Part shown: positions 20,316 to 28,343 of the stretch, piece by piece | Layout of the letters: each line of letters begins with the position of its first letter | Position numbering within the stretch: position 1 is the first letter of the stretch | NCBI GenBank assembly: GCA_041648575.1 | Contig: JBAZOT010000001.1 | Coordinates: 31,298-95,297 of the forward strand | Direction: 5' to 3' | Length of the DNA stretch: 64,000 bases | Origin: Patescibacteria group bacterium | Lineage (GTDB): Bacteria > Patescibacteriota > Patescibacteriia > Veblenbacterales > UBA10138 | Notes under the pieces: model-generated | Seen by the model: the letters and a program-made list of their open reading frames with translations, nothing else | Told to the model about the DNA's origin: nothing | Database searches by the model: none | Program-made: the position numbers and the translations under genes

Positions 20316-21443
20316 ATGCTGAAGCTTAAACAAACTTCATCGGTTGATTATATTTTTATAATTTTATCTTTTGTGATTGTTGGTTTAGGATTATTATTGT
20401 TGTCATCAGCGTCATCGGTGGTATCTTTTCAAAAATTTGGATTTAGTTACTATTATGTTCAGCGGCAATTGTTATATGGTTTATTGCCTGGTATAATTTT
20501 ATTTTTGATTCTATCAAAAATTGATTATCATCGAATAGTAAAATATGCCTTGCCAGTTTTTATTGCAAGTATCATAACCTTAATTGCCGTATTAATTCCC
20601 CAAGTTGGTTCCGGTTTTGGTGGAGCTAGCCGTTGGCTAGATCTTGGTTGGTTTAGTTTTCAGCCGTCAGAAATTGCTAAATTGTCATTGCTTATATATT
20701 TAGCATATTGGTTTGATATAAAAGGTATAGAAGAAATAAGAACCTGGAAACAGGGAACACTGCCGTTTATTATTATAATAGGTACTGTATCGGTATTATT
20801 AATAATGCAACCAGATATGGGTACAATGATGGTAATTATTTTAAGCGCCATGATTCTTTATTTTTTAGCTGGTGCTCGATTGTTCAATATTATTACTTTA
20901 ATGTTTGCGGGTAGCGGTTTATTATATTTTTTAATTAAGATTGCTCCTTATCGGTTAAGTCGCCTAACGGTTTTTTTAAATCCCGAATCTGATCCACAAG
21001 GCATTGGTTATCATATCAATCAAGCCTTATTAGCAGTTGGATCAGGGGGGTTTTGGGGTTTAGGGCTGGGGCATTCGCGGCAAAAATATCAATATTTACC
21101 AGAGGTGACTGGTGATTCAATTTTTGCTGTAGTGGCTGAGGAGTTGGGTTTTTTATTAACGACCGTGCTTATTATTTTATTAGCGTCATTAATTTTGCGC
21201 GGTTTTAGAATTGCCAAACAAGCGCCAGATAATTTGGGTAAATTATTAACATCTGGTATTATGGTTTGGCTAGGATTACAAACTTTTATTAATATCGCGG
21301 CTATGCTTAACTTATTGCCATTAACTGGTATACCTTTGCCATTTATTTCGCACGGCGGTTCAGCTATGGTTGTGGGTTTAGCAGCTTTGGGTATAATTGT
21401 TAATATCTCGAGTCAAGCTCGGGTAGTGGAGACAAGAAGATGA
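20316..21443 (+). CDS. ftsW: Peptidoglycan glycosyltransferase / lipid II flippase FtsW (SEDS family)
   Basis: 10-TM SEDS protein with conserved blocks (QPSEIAKL, PDMGT, SHGGSAM). Confidence 0.85.
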   Translation: MLKLKQTSSVDYIFIILSFVIVGLGLLLLSSASSVVSFQKFGFSYYYVQRQLLYGLLPGIILFLILSKIDYHRIVKYALPVFIASIITLIAVLIPQVGSGFGGASRWLDLGWFSFQPSEIAKLSLLIYLAYWFDIKGIEEIRTWKQGTLPFIIIIGTVSVLLIMQPDMGTMMVIILSAMILYFLAGARLFNIITLMFAGSGLLYFLIKIAPYRLSRLTVFLNPESDPQGIGYHINQALLAVGSGGFWGLGLGHSRQKYQYLPEVTGDSIFAVVAEELGFLLTTVLIILLASLILRGFRIAKQAPDNLGKLLTSGIMVWLGLQTFINIAAMLNLLPLTGIPLPFISHGGSAMVVGLAALGIIVNISSQARVVETRR

Positions 21444-22507
21444 AGATCATATTAAGCGGTGGTGGTACTTTGGGTTCTGTTACGCCTTTATTGGCGTTGG
21501 TTGATCAGTTAAAACAAGATCAGTCTATTGATTTTTTATGGTTGGGAACCAAAGCGGGCCCAGAACACTTTTTAGTTGAACAGGCACAACTAAAATTTAT
21601 TGCTATTCCTGCGGGCAAGTGGCGCAGATATTTTAGTTTAAAAAATATTTTTGATATATTGAAGGTGTTAACTGGTTTGATTAAGTCTTTGTATTTAATG
21701 TATAAGCTAGATCCTCAAGTTGTAGTGGTAGCTGGCGGATTTGTTGGCGTTCCAGTTGGTTGGGCAGCTTGGGCTTGGGGTGTACCGTTAATTATTCATC
21801 AGCAGGATGTGGAAATTGGTTTAGCAAATCGATTGTTAGGTTGGTGCGCGGCTAAAATCACCACTACTTGGCCTGTAGCTTCTGGTGGTTTTTTTCCTGA
21901 TAAAACAAAAGTTATTGGTACGCCGCTACGGAAAATTTTTCAACAACCAGTTGATAAACAACAGATATTATCTGCCTTGGGATTTAATGAAAACTTACCG
22001 GTTATATTGGTTATTGGTGGTGGTACTGGAGCAGAATTTCTAAATAAATTAATTGCCCAAAATTTAGATGGGTTAAAAAAAGTATGTCAAATAATTCATA
22101 TAACTGGAATAAATAAATCTGCTAATCATAATAGCGACAAGAATTATAAAACTTACGAACTAGTAACAAATAAAATATCTGAATATTTAGCAGTGGCGGA
22201 TTTAGTTTTGAGCAGGGCAGGCATGGGATTAATATCAGAGCTGGCTTATTTTGCTAAGCCTTCAATAATAGTGCCTTTACCAAACACACATCAAGAGAAA
22301 AATGCTCAATATTTACACCAGCATAATGCGGCGTTGGTTATTGAGCAGTCCCAGTTGACTGGAGATAAATTAATTAATATAGTACATAGGCTAAATAGCG
22401 ATCCAGAGTCATTGATTAAGTTAGGAATAAATCTTAAGGCTTTGTTTCCCCAGAACTCTGCTGGTCAACTAGCCGAGATAGTAATGCGGGCTGCAAAAAA
22501 AATATGA
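21440..22507 (+). CDS. murG: UDP-GlcNAc:undecaprenyl-PP-MurNAc-pentapeptide GlcNAc transferase MurG
   Basis: GT28 N-terminal glycine-rich motif (LSGGGTLGSVTP), C-terminal GT-B half. Confidence 0.85.
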   Translation: MKIILSGGGTLGSVTPLLALVDQLKQDQSIDFLWLGTKAGPEHFLVEQAQLKFIAIPAGKWRRYFSLKNIFDILKVLTGLIKSLYLMYKLDPQVVVVAGGFVGVPVGWAAWAWGVPLIIHQQDVEIGLANRLLGWCAAKITTTWPVASGGFFPDKTKVIGTPLRKIFQQPVDKQQILSALGFNENLPVILVIGGGTGAEFLNKLIAQNLDGLKKVCQIIHITGINKSANHNSDKNYKTYELVTNKISEYLAVADLVLSRAGMGLISELAYFAKPSIIVPLPNTHQEKNAQYLHQHNAALVIEQSQLTGDKLINIVHRLNSDPESLIKLGINLKALFPQNSAGQLAEIVMRAAKKI

Positions 22508-23907
22508 ATATTACACAGGCACAAAGAATTTATATGATTGGAATAAAAGGAGTAGGTATGACTGCGCTGGCGCAAATTTTAAAACAACAAGGAAAGATTG
22601 TTTCTGGTTCTGACACCACAGAAAAATTTTTTACCGATAAAGTTTTATCCAAAGCCGGGATTGATCTAAAGGAAGATTTTAAAATATCTAATGTTCCTGA
22701 TCAGGTTGATTTGGTAATATATTCATCAGCTTATAATGAAGCTAATCCAGAAGTTAATGCTGCCAAGGAACGTAATTTACCTATATTGACTTATGCTGAA
22801 GCTTTAGGTGAATTAACCAAGCTTAATAAATCTATTGCCGTTGCAGGGAGTCACGGAAAAACTACAGTAGCTGCAATGTTGGCTTTTATATTAAAACAAG
22901 CAGGATTGTCACCCACGGCAGTTGTTGGCTCACAAGTACCGCAGTGGCAAGGTAATGCTCTAATCGGTTTTGGTGAATTATTTGTTTTTGAGGCAGATGA
23001 ATATCAAAACAAATTCAATTATTTTTTTCCTCAAGCTGTTGTGTTAACTAATATTGATTGGGATCATCCAGATTTTTTTAAAACTCCAGAATCGTACTTT
23101 GATGCCTTTGTAAAATTTTTACAAAAAATTCCGTTAGACGGATTTGTGGTGGCGAATTATGATAATGATTTAGTGCGCCAGGCTGTAACAGAAGCTGGGC
23201 TTAAGCCCGAGCAAATATCAAGTTACGGTTTAACTGCTGGTTTTTGGCAATTGGAAAGAATGTGGCTAGATCAGGGCAGTTGGCATTTTTCTGCTAATGG
23301 TGGAGAAGAATTTTTAGGTGATTTTTGGTTAAAATTGGTTGGCAGCCATAATGTATCTAATGCTTTAGCAGCCCTAGCCTGCGCCAGGCGATTGGGTGTT
23401 GATATAGAAGTAATTAGAAAATCATTAGCCGAGTTTTCTGGTACCAGTCGCAGATTTGAGTATAAAGGAAAATTAACTAACCAAGTAATTATTATTGATG
23501 ATTATGCCCATCACCCACGGGAAATATTAGCCAGTTTAAAAGCAGCGCGTGATTATTACCCTTATAAAAATATTCGAGTGGTTTTTCATCCTCATACTTT
23601 TTCTAGAACCAAGGCATTGCTTACTGATTTTGGTATAAGTTTTAAAGACGCTGATGAAGTAATTGTGTTAGATATTTATGCATCAGCCCGTGAAACTACA
23701 GGTGATATTACTTCTGAACAATTAGTTGAGGAAATAATTAAACATCATCCGAAAGTAATATATCAGCCCAAAATATCAGATGTAGTAGAATATTTGGCTA
23801 ATTCTTTAAGTCGCAGCGATTTAGTGATCACTATGGGTGCTGGTGATGTGTGGAAAGTAGGGGATGAGCTGATAAAAAAATTGGGTTTAACACAGGACAA
23901 TAATTAA
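22504..23907 (+). CDS. murC: UDP-N-acetylmuramate--L-alanine ligase MurC
   Basis: IGIKGVGMTALA N-terminus, P-loop GSHGKTT, Mur ligase C-terminal domain. Confidence 0.85.
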   Translation: MNITQAQRIYMIGIKGVGMTALAQILKQQGKIVSGSDTTEKFFTDKVLSKAGIDLKEDFKISNVPDQVDLVIYSSAYNEANPEVNAAKERNLPILTYAEALGELTKLNKSIAVAGSHGKTTVAAMLAFILKQAGLSPTAVVGSQVPQWQGNALIGFGELFVFEADEYQNKFNYFFPQAVVLTNIDWDHPDFFKTPESYFDAFVKFLQKIPLDGFVVANYDNDLVRQAVTEAGLKPEQISSYGLTAGFWQLERMWLDQGSWHFSANGGEEFLGDFWLKLVGSHNVSNALAALACARRLGVDIEVIRKSLAEFSGTSRRFEYKGKLTNQVIIIDDYAHHPREILASLKAARDYYPYKNIRVVFHPHTFSRTKALLTDFGISFKDADEVIVLDIYASARETTGDITSEQLVEEIIKHHPKVIYQPKISDVVEYLANSLSRSDLVITMGAGDVWKVGDELIKKLGLTQDNN

Positions 23908-23961
23908 TTCTTCCTGGTTTCCAATTATAATTATAGCAGCGGTATAAGATGTAAATGACAT

Positions 23962-23981
23962 TGGGGATTTTTGTCCGATCG
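23962..23981 (+). terminator. Intrinsic terminator after murC: 14-bp perfect palindrome TGTCCGATCGGACA followed by TTTTT
   Basis: Seen directly. Confidence 0.6.
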
Positions 23982-24039
23982 GACATTTTTCCCCGATTTA
24001 ATTCCAACCAAAAGCGTAGAGGAAGTATTATCCAAAAAT

Positions 24040-24072
24040 GAAAAAGCCGACCAACGATTGTTCGTGATCGGC
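24040..24072 (-). terminator. Minus-strand intrinsic terminator (GCCGATCACGAAC…GTTGGTCGGC followed by TTTTTC) after the small ORF at 24079-24270
   Basis: Inverted repeat followed by a T-run on the minus strand. Confidence 0.5.
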
Positions 24073-24078
24073 AATTAT

Positions 24079-24270
24079 TTATGGGCGCGGGGAGTCGGGC
24101 AGTATATAATCTGCACCAGTGATTAATACAATTACTATTGCTAAGATCGCAATTATTACTAGTATGAGAATTTGTTTTCCCATACTCAGACCAGTTTGGT
24201 CGATAATGTTTAATAACATTTTAGTTTTCCTATTTGTTTTTGAGAGATTGTTTAACTTTTTTAAAACCAC
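24079..24270 (-). CDS. Small single-TM hydrophobic peptide (34-63 aa depending on start)
   Basis: ORF with a basic N-terminus then ILILVIIAILAIVIVLITG. Own terminator downstream. Sits in a GC-elevated insert. Alternative start MLLNII at 24219. Confidence 0.4.
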   Translation of the reverse strand: MVLKKLNNLSKTNRKTKMLLNIIDQTGLSMGKQILILVIIAILAIVIVLITGADYILPDSPRP

Positions 24271-24284
24271 AAACTAATTGCGAG

Positions 24285-24323
24285 CTTAAAAAAGTTTGGG
24301 AGAACTAAGATTTTAGTTCTCCC
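24285..24323 (-). terminator. Minus-strand intrinsic terminator: 11-bp perfect stem GGGAGAACTAA/TTAGTTCTCCC followed by a T6 run
   Basis: Seen directly downstream of the lipoprotein gene end (24416). Confidence 0.6.
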
Positions 24324-24415
24324 GGGCCTTATTTTTCGGTGCCTTGCCCTTTGGCACCTCGCATTTTATGAAAGTTTATCACCTTCAATAAAAAGGCATA
24401 TATGCTCCTTTGTTT

Positions 24416-24934
24416 TTATCGATTCAGTGATTTTATTTGTTGCACCAATTCCGCGTGAGGAATGGTGGTTGATCTTGAATCAGTATTTATGTAATAAACT
24501 GATTCAGTATTTTCATTTATTGGTTGATTAGGGACTGTTTGTCCCTTTACTTCCAATTTACCTCGCCAGACTATTCTGGCGGTACGGCCGTGACGCAATT
24601 CCATTGACGCGGAAGCAACAACGCTGTCACGACCGCTGGATGTAATAATACTAACGGTCCAGACTACCTGAACTCGGTAGTCTGCGTATTTGGAATTATA
24701 GCGACGATCAATTGTCGCAATTTCTTTTTGATCCTGTCCAATCATTCCAGGATCAAGGTCATATTCATCTACTAAGCCACCTTCAGCAGAGAATAATCTT
24801 ATTACGATCGATCTCCCCAATGGGTCCCTGTTTTCCATTACATAGGTTACAAAGACCTCTGGTGCGAAAGTAAATCGATCGCAGCCAACTATTAGTGTTA
24901 ATGCTAAAAGCATTAACACAAGTTTCGTTTTCAT
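24416..24934 (-). CDS. Lipoprotein (signal peptide plus lipobox LIVGC), unknown function
   Basis: MKTKLVLMLLALTLIVGC-DR lipobox; RBS AAGGAAG upstream. Local GC ~42-45% against ~33% for the window. Confidence 0.6.
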   Translation of the reverse strand: MKTKLVLMLLALTLIVGCDRFTFAPEVFVTYVMENRDPLGRSIVIRLFSAEGGLVDEYDLDPGMIGQDQKEIATIDRRYNSKYADYRVQVVWTVSIITSSGRDSVVASASMELRHGRTARIVWRGKLEVKGQTVPNQPINENTESVYYINTDSRSTTIPHAELVQQIKSLNR

Positions 24935-24960
24935 TTTTTTCTTCCTTATGATATTATTTT

Positions 24961-25113
24961 TTCTTTCTTATTAATCTGGAGGAAGTGTCTGGATTTATAT
25001 CCGCTGCTCGCGGATGTATCCAAGACTAAGCAATGTCCCAAGTAGCGCCCAGTCGAAACCAAGGCTACTAAAGTAAATTGCCAACTCTCTCCTCCAAGTT
25101 AATAAGAAAGAAA
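24961..25113. repeat. ~153-bp element bounded by ~24-bp imperfect terminal inverted repeats (TTCTTTCTTATTAATCTGGAGGAAG … TCCTCCAAGTTAATAAGAAAGAA) with internal hairpins; MITE-like or a structured 5' leader RNA
   Basis: The inverted arms share a 12/12 identical core (AATAAGAAAGAA) plus flanking matches. An internal GGATTTATATCCGC…GCGGATGTATCC hairpin lies inside. The element sits directly 5' of the lipoprotein start codon on the minus strand. Confidence 0.5.
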
Positions 25114-25206
25114 TTTTGTTAATGAACTTCCCGCCTGAATAAGTAATTTTTATTTACTCAGGTAGGAAGGAGAAAGAGATTTTTTTCTTTCTCCTTTAAG
25201 AAGTGA

Positions 25207-25395
25207 TTATCTGGTGTGAATCGCCGAGATCATGTCTCTGGCTATCAGTACATCAATGACGAGCAGGATGATGCAGATAATCGGCAGTGCGTCTGAGTGA
25301 TTTATCCAAACTTTATTAGCTTGGAGAATGACACCCGTTCCAAGGTTGAGGCATAGAAACAATATCAGTCCTATCCAGAATTTTTCGCGATTCAT
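25207..25395 (-). CDS. Small two-TM membrane protein (62 aa)
   Basis: Two hydrophobic helices. Followed on the minus strand by the GGAGAAAGA…TCTTTCTCC hairpin at 25168-25193. Confidence 0.35.
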   Translation of the reverse strand: MNREKFWIGLILFLCLNLGTGVILQANKVWINHSDALPIICIILLVIDVLIARDMISAIHTR

Positions 25396-25845
25396 TTTTT
25401 TATCCTTATGTAATGAGCAATATGTTAAATAAAAAGGTGTTTATCTCGATATCAGATTGAGCTTGCTTTCCGTATCTGCTAATTCGACCCAGTAAATATT
25501 TTTTTATTATCGCTTATTCGACTGCGATTCAGATACACCCAAATTTATGAGCTTATTCATGAATGAATATTAACGGGACAAGCTGCAACCGGTTGTGCTT
25601 GCCAAATACTGATACCTAGATAAACACCTTTAGTTTAGCCCCAAGCACCTGGGTTGTTTCTGGATTTTAATTTAACAGTTTAGTATAGGGTATAATGATA
25701 TTTTTGTCAATAGTTATGGAACAATAGTTATTAAACCCCTTTGTTTTTAGGCTCCAATTAATCTTTTATTGCTAAATTTAGCCAAAAAGCATGGTTAATT
25801 AGTTGATTGTTCCACCAACTTAAACTAGTCTTAAAATAGGATATT

Positions 25846-26826
25846 ATGAAAGACATATTTGACACTCTAAAAGAAAATATTGGGTCGAACATTAAACTTA
25901 ACGAGTCGCTTAGTAGGCATACTAACTTTAAAATAGGTGGGCCAGCTAAATATTATTTTGAGGCATTGACTAGTACTGATTTGGAGCGTGCTGTTCAAAC
26001 TGCGCGTGAGTTGCAAATTCCAACAATAGTGCTTGGGGGAGGGGCTAATGTATTGGTGTCGGATAATGGTTTTGCAGGTTTGGTTATTATTGCTAAAAAT
26101 CAAATCTGGTCGATCAATGGTAATTTAGTTAGCGCCGAAGCTGGGGTGAATTTGGGTTTTTTAGTTTCACAAACCGTATCTGCAGGCTTGGCAGGGCTTG
26201 AACCTTTGGTAGCAATTCCTGGATCAGTAGGCGGCGCGGTTTATGGTAATGCTGGATTGCCGCAAATAGCCAAAGGATGTATTGGCGATTGGATTTATGA
26301 AGTAACAGTTTTGGGTGATGATAAAATTGTTAAGCTGAATAACAAGCAGTGCAAATTTAGTTATCGTAACTCGTTATTTAAACAAACCAAAGACATAATA
26401 TTAAGCGTTATTTTAGAATTGAAGCCAGCAGATAAGTTGGTAAGTGAAAAATTAATTAAAAAATATATTGCCCAAAGAAAAGGCCAGCCGTATCATCTTC
26501 CATCAACAGGTTGCATTTTTACAAATGTGGAAGTAAAAACTAAAAAACAAGAAGCAGAAATCAAAAATAAAATAACTAGCGAGCCGAAGCTAGATGATTT
26601 CTTATTACGTGGGCAAATTCCTGCCGGTTGGCTAATTGAACTAGCTGGATTAAAAGGAAAAATTATCGGTGGGGTACAGGTGTCAACCGATCATGCAAAT
26701 TATATTGTTAATATAAATAATGCCAAAGCTGAACACGTGGTTATGCTGATTTCTTTTATTAAGCAGCAAGTGCGTGATAAATTTGGAATTCAATTAAAAG
26801 AAGAGGTACAGTATATTGGGTTTTAA
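25846..26826 (+). CDS. murB: UDP-N-acetylenolpyruvoylglucosamine reductase MurB
   Basis: FAD-binding PCMH domain (NFKIGGPAKYY…LGGGANVLVSD), MurB C-terminal domain with conserved Ser (PSTGCIF). Confidence 0.8.
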   Translation: MKDIFDTLKENIGSNIKLNESLSRHTNFKIGGPAKYYFEALTSTDLERAVQTARELQIPTIVLGGGANVLVSDNGFAGLVIIAKNQIWSINGNLVSAEAGVNLGFLVSQTVSAGLAGLEPLVAIPGSVGGAVYGNAGLPQIAKGCIGDWIYEVTVLGDDKIVKLNNKQCKFSYRNSLFKQTKDIILSVILELKPADKLVSEKLIKKYIAQRKGQPYHLPSTGCIFTNVEVKTKKQEAEIKNKITSEPKLDDFLLRGQIPAGWLIELAGLKGKIIGGVQVSTDHANYIVNINNAKAEHVVMLISFIKQQVRDKFGIQLKEEVQYIGF

Positions 26827-26876
26827 AAAAGCGTCTAGTTTGGCTAGACGCTTTGTAAGTTAGTTGTTAAAGCCAG

Positions 26877-27842
26877 TTAATTTTTGTTCTCAATGAACAA
26901 GTGCGAAATTGACGTGCCTCGATGTGCGGCAGAAATAGCGGCGGCAAATATATCAGTCACCGATATTATATTAAGTTTGGTGTGAAAATCAGCATCTGGT
27001 TGAAGAGGAATAGTATCGGTAACTGTTAAGCTTGTTAATTTACTTTTTTGTATCATTCTCACCGCATCGCCAGACATAAGAGAGTGTATGCCACAGGCAT
27101 GAATTTCGTTTGCTTCCATTTCGCGCAGCTTGGTTGTCGCGTTGAAAAAAGTACCAGCGGTGTCAATTAGGTCGTCTAGGAGCAAACAATTTTTTCCGGA
27201 TACATTTCCACTAATTCGCATCTCTTTAATAGCGTTTGGTCGTGGTCGGCGTTTGGTGATAAAAGCGATATCTACTGCGTTTAGATAGTCTGCATATTTT
27301 TCAATACGCTTACTGCCCCCAACATCTGGTGATACAAGGACCAAGTTTTTTATATGCATACGTTTAATTGCTGGTATCAGATTTAGTGAAGCAAATAAAT
27401 GATCAACCGGTATTGGGTCAAAAAATCCGACAATTTGATCAGCGTGCAGATCCATGGTTATAACTCTATCTGCGCCGGCGTTTACAATTTCATTGGCCCA
27501 GCGTAAAGCCGTGATATCCATACGAGGACTTGATTTTCGATCATCTCTCCCTTCAAAATATGTAATTACCACAGTCACGCGACTGGCGGAAGCTAATTTT
27601 GCTGCGTGAATAAGATATTTTAAATTTTCTAATCTGACAGCAGAACCAATTGGTGAGGTTCCATGTAAACTAGCAATAATATATATATCGTTTCCGCGGA
27701 TACTACGGCTGAATTGTCGTTTTTTGTTTCCGTCTGCATAATTAGTCATTGTGATCGGAATTAAATTTGTATGAAGTAAATGTGCTACTTTGGACGAAAA
27801 ATTAGCATCTGATTGTGTACTAGCGATAGTTAGCTTATTCAT
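26877..27842 (-). CDS. prs: Ribose-phosphate pyrophosphokinase (PRPP synthetase)
   Basis: Prs motifs DLHADQIVGFF and PRPP-binding VLVSPDVGG…LLDDLIDTAGT. Confidence 0.85.
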   Translation of the reverse strand: MNKLTIASTQSDANFSSKVAHLLHTNLIPITMTNYADGNKKRQFSRSIRGNDIYIIASLHGTSPIGSAVRLENLKYLIHAAKLASASRVTVVITYFEGRDDRKSSPRMDITALRWANEIVNAGADRVITMDLHADQIVGFFDPIPVDHLFASLNLIPAIKRMHIKNLVLVSPDVGGSKRIEKYADYLNAVDIAFITKRRPRPNAIKEMRISGNVSGKNCLLLDDLIDTAGTFFNATTKLREMEANEIHACGIHSLMSGDAVRMIQKSKLTSLTVTDTIPLQPDADFHTKLNIISVTDIFAAAISAAHRGTSISHLFIENKN

Positions 27843-27959
27843 TATTGATCTCCTTATAATAGACGCTGTTATATGAAAATTATTTTAAGATTCGATTTTT
27901 GTTTGGTAAATTACCTTAACACTAGGTAGAGTCTGGCGTCAAGCTTGATTTAGTAGCAA

Positions 27960-27977
27960 CAACTTGTTTACAAGTTG
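27960..27977. promoter_or_regulatory. 18-bp perfect palindrome CAACTTGT-TT-ACAAGTTG in the divergent prs/hpf intergenic region (candidate operator)
   Basis: Seen directly; 8-bp arms with a 2-bp centre. Confidence 0.35.
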
Positions 27978-28020
27978 CTTAATATTATCTAAACTTAATA
28001 TCATATAAAGTTTTCCACAG

Positions 28021-28341
28021 ATGGATATTATAATTAGTGCAAAAAATTTCAAACTTACTCCTTCGCTGATTACTTATACTGAAGAAAAAGTTGGTAAAGT
28101 GGAGCGTTTTTGGGGTGAGATTATTCGGGCCAATGTTGAGTTATCAGTTGGCCGTGTTAAATCTGCAGGCAATATTTCGCAAGTTAGAGTTTGGCTAGAG
28201 GTGTCGGGGCCTGATATCGAGGCCGAGTCTGAAGCAGCTGACATGCATGCAGCTATAGATTTAGTGGTTCCTAAATTGGAAAGTCAAATTCGCAAAATGC
28301 GCGGTAAGGTGTTAAGCCGACAAAGAAAATTAAAATCATAA
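28021..28341 (+). CDS. hpf: Ribosome hibernation promoting factor (RaiA/HPF, S30AE family), short form
   Basis: MDIIISAKNFKLTPSLITYTEEKVGKVERF… typical S30AE N-terminus; 106 aa. Confidence 0.8.
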   Translation: MDIIISAKNFKLTPSLITYTEEKVGKVERFWGEIIRANVELSVGRVKSAGNISQVRVWLEVSGPDIEAESEAADMHAAIDLVVPKLESQIRKMRGKVLSRQRKLKS

Positions 28342-28343
28342 AA

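Noticed and set aside
24961-25206. Known riboswitch classes (c-di-GMP, ZTP, SAM, preQ1, THF) for the structured leader of the lipoprotein gene
   Set aside because: None of the conserved core sequences I can recall for these classes is present, so the element is reported only as an unclassified structured/MITE-like element.
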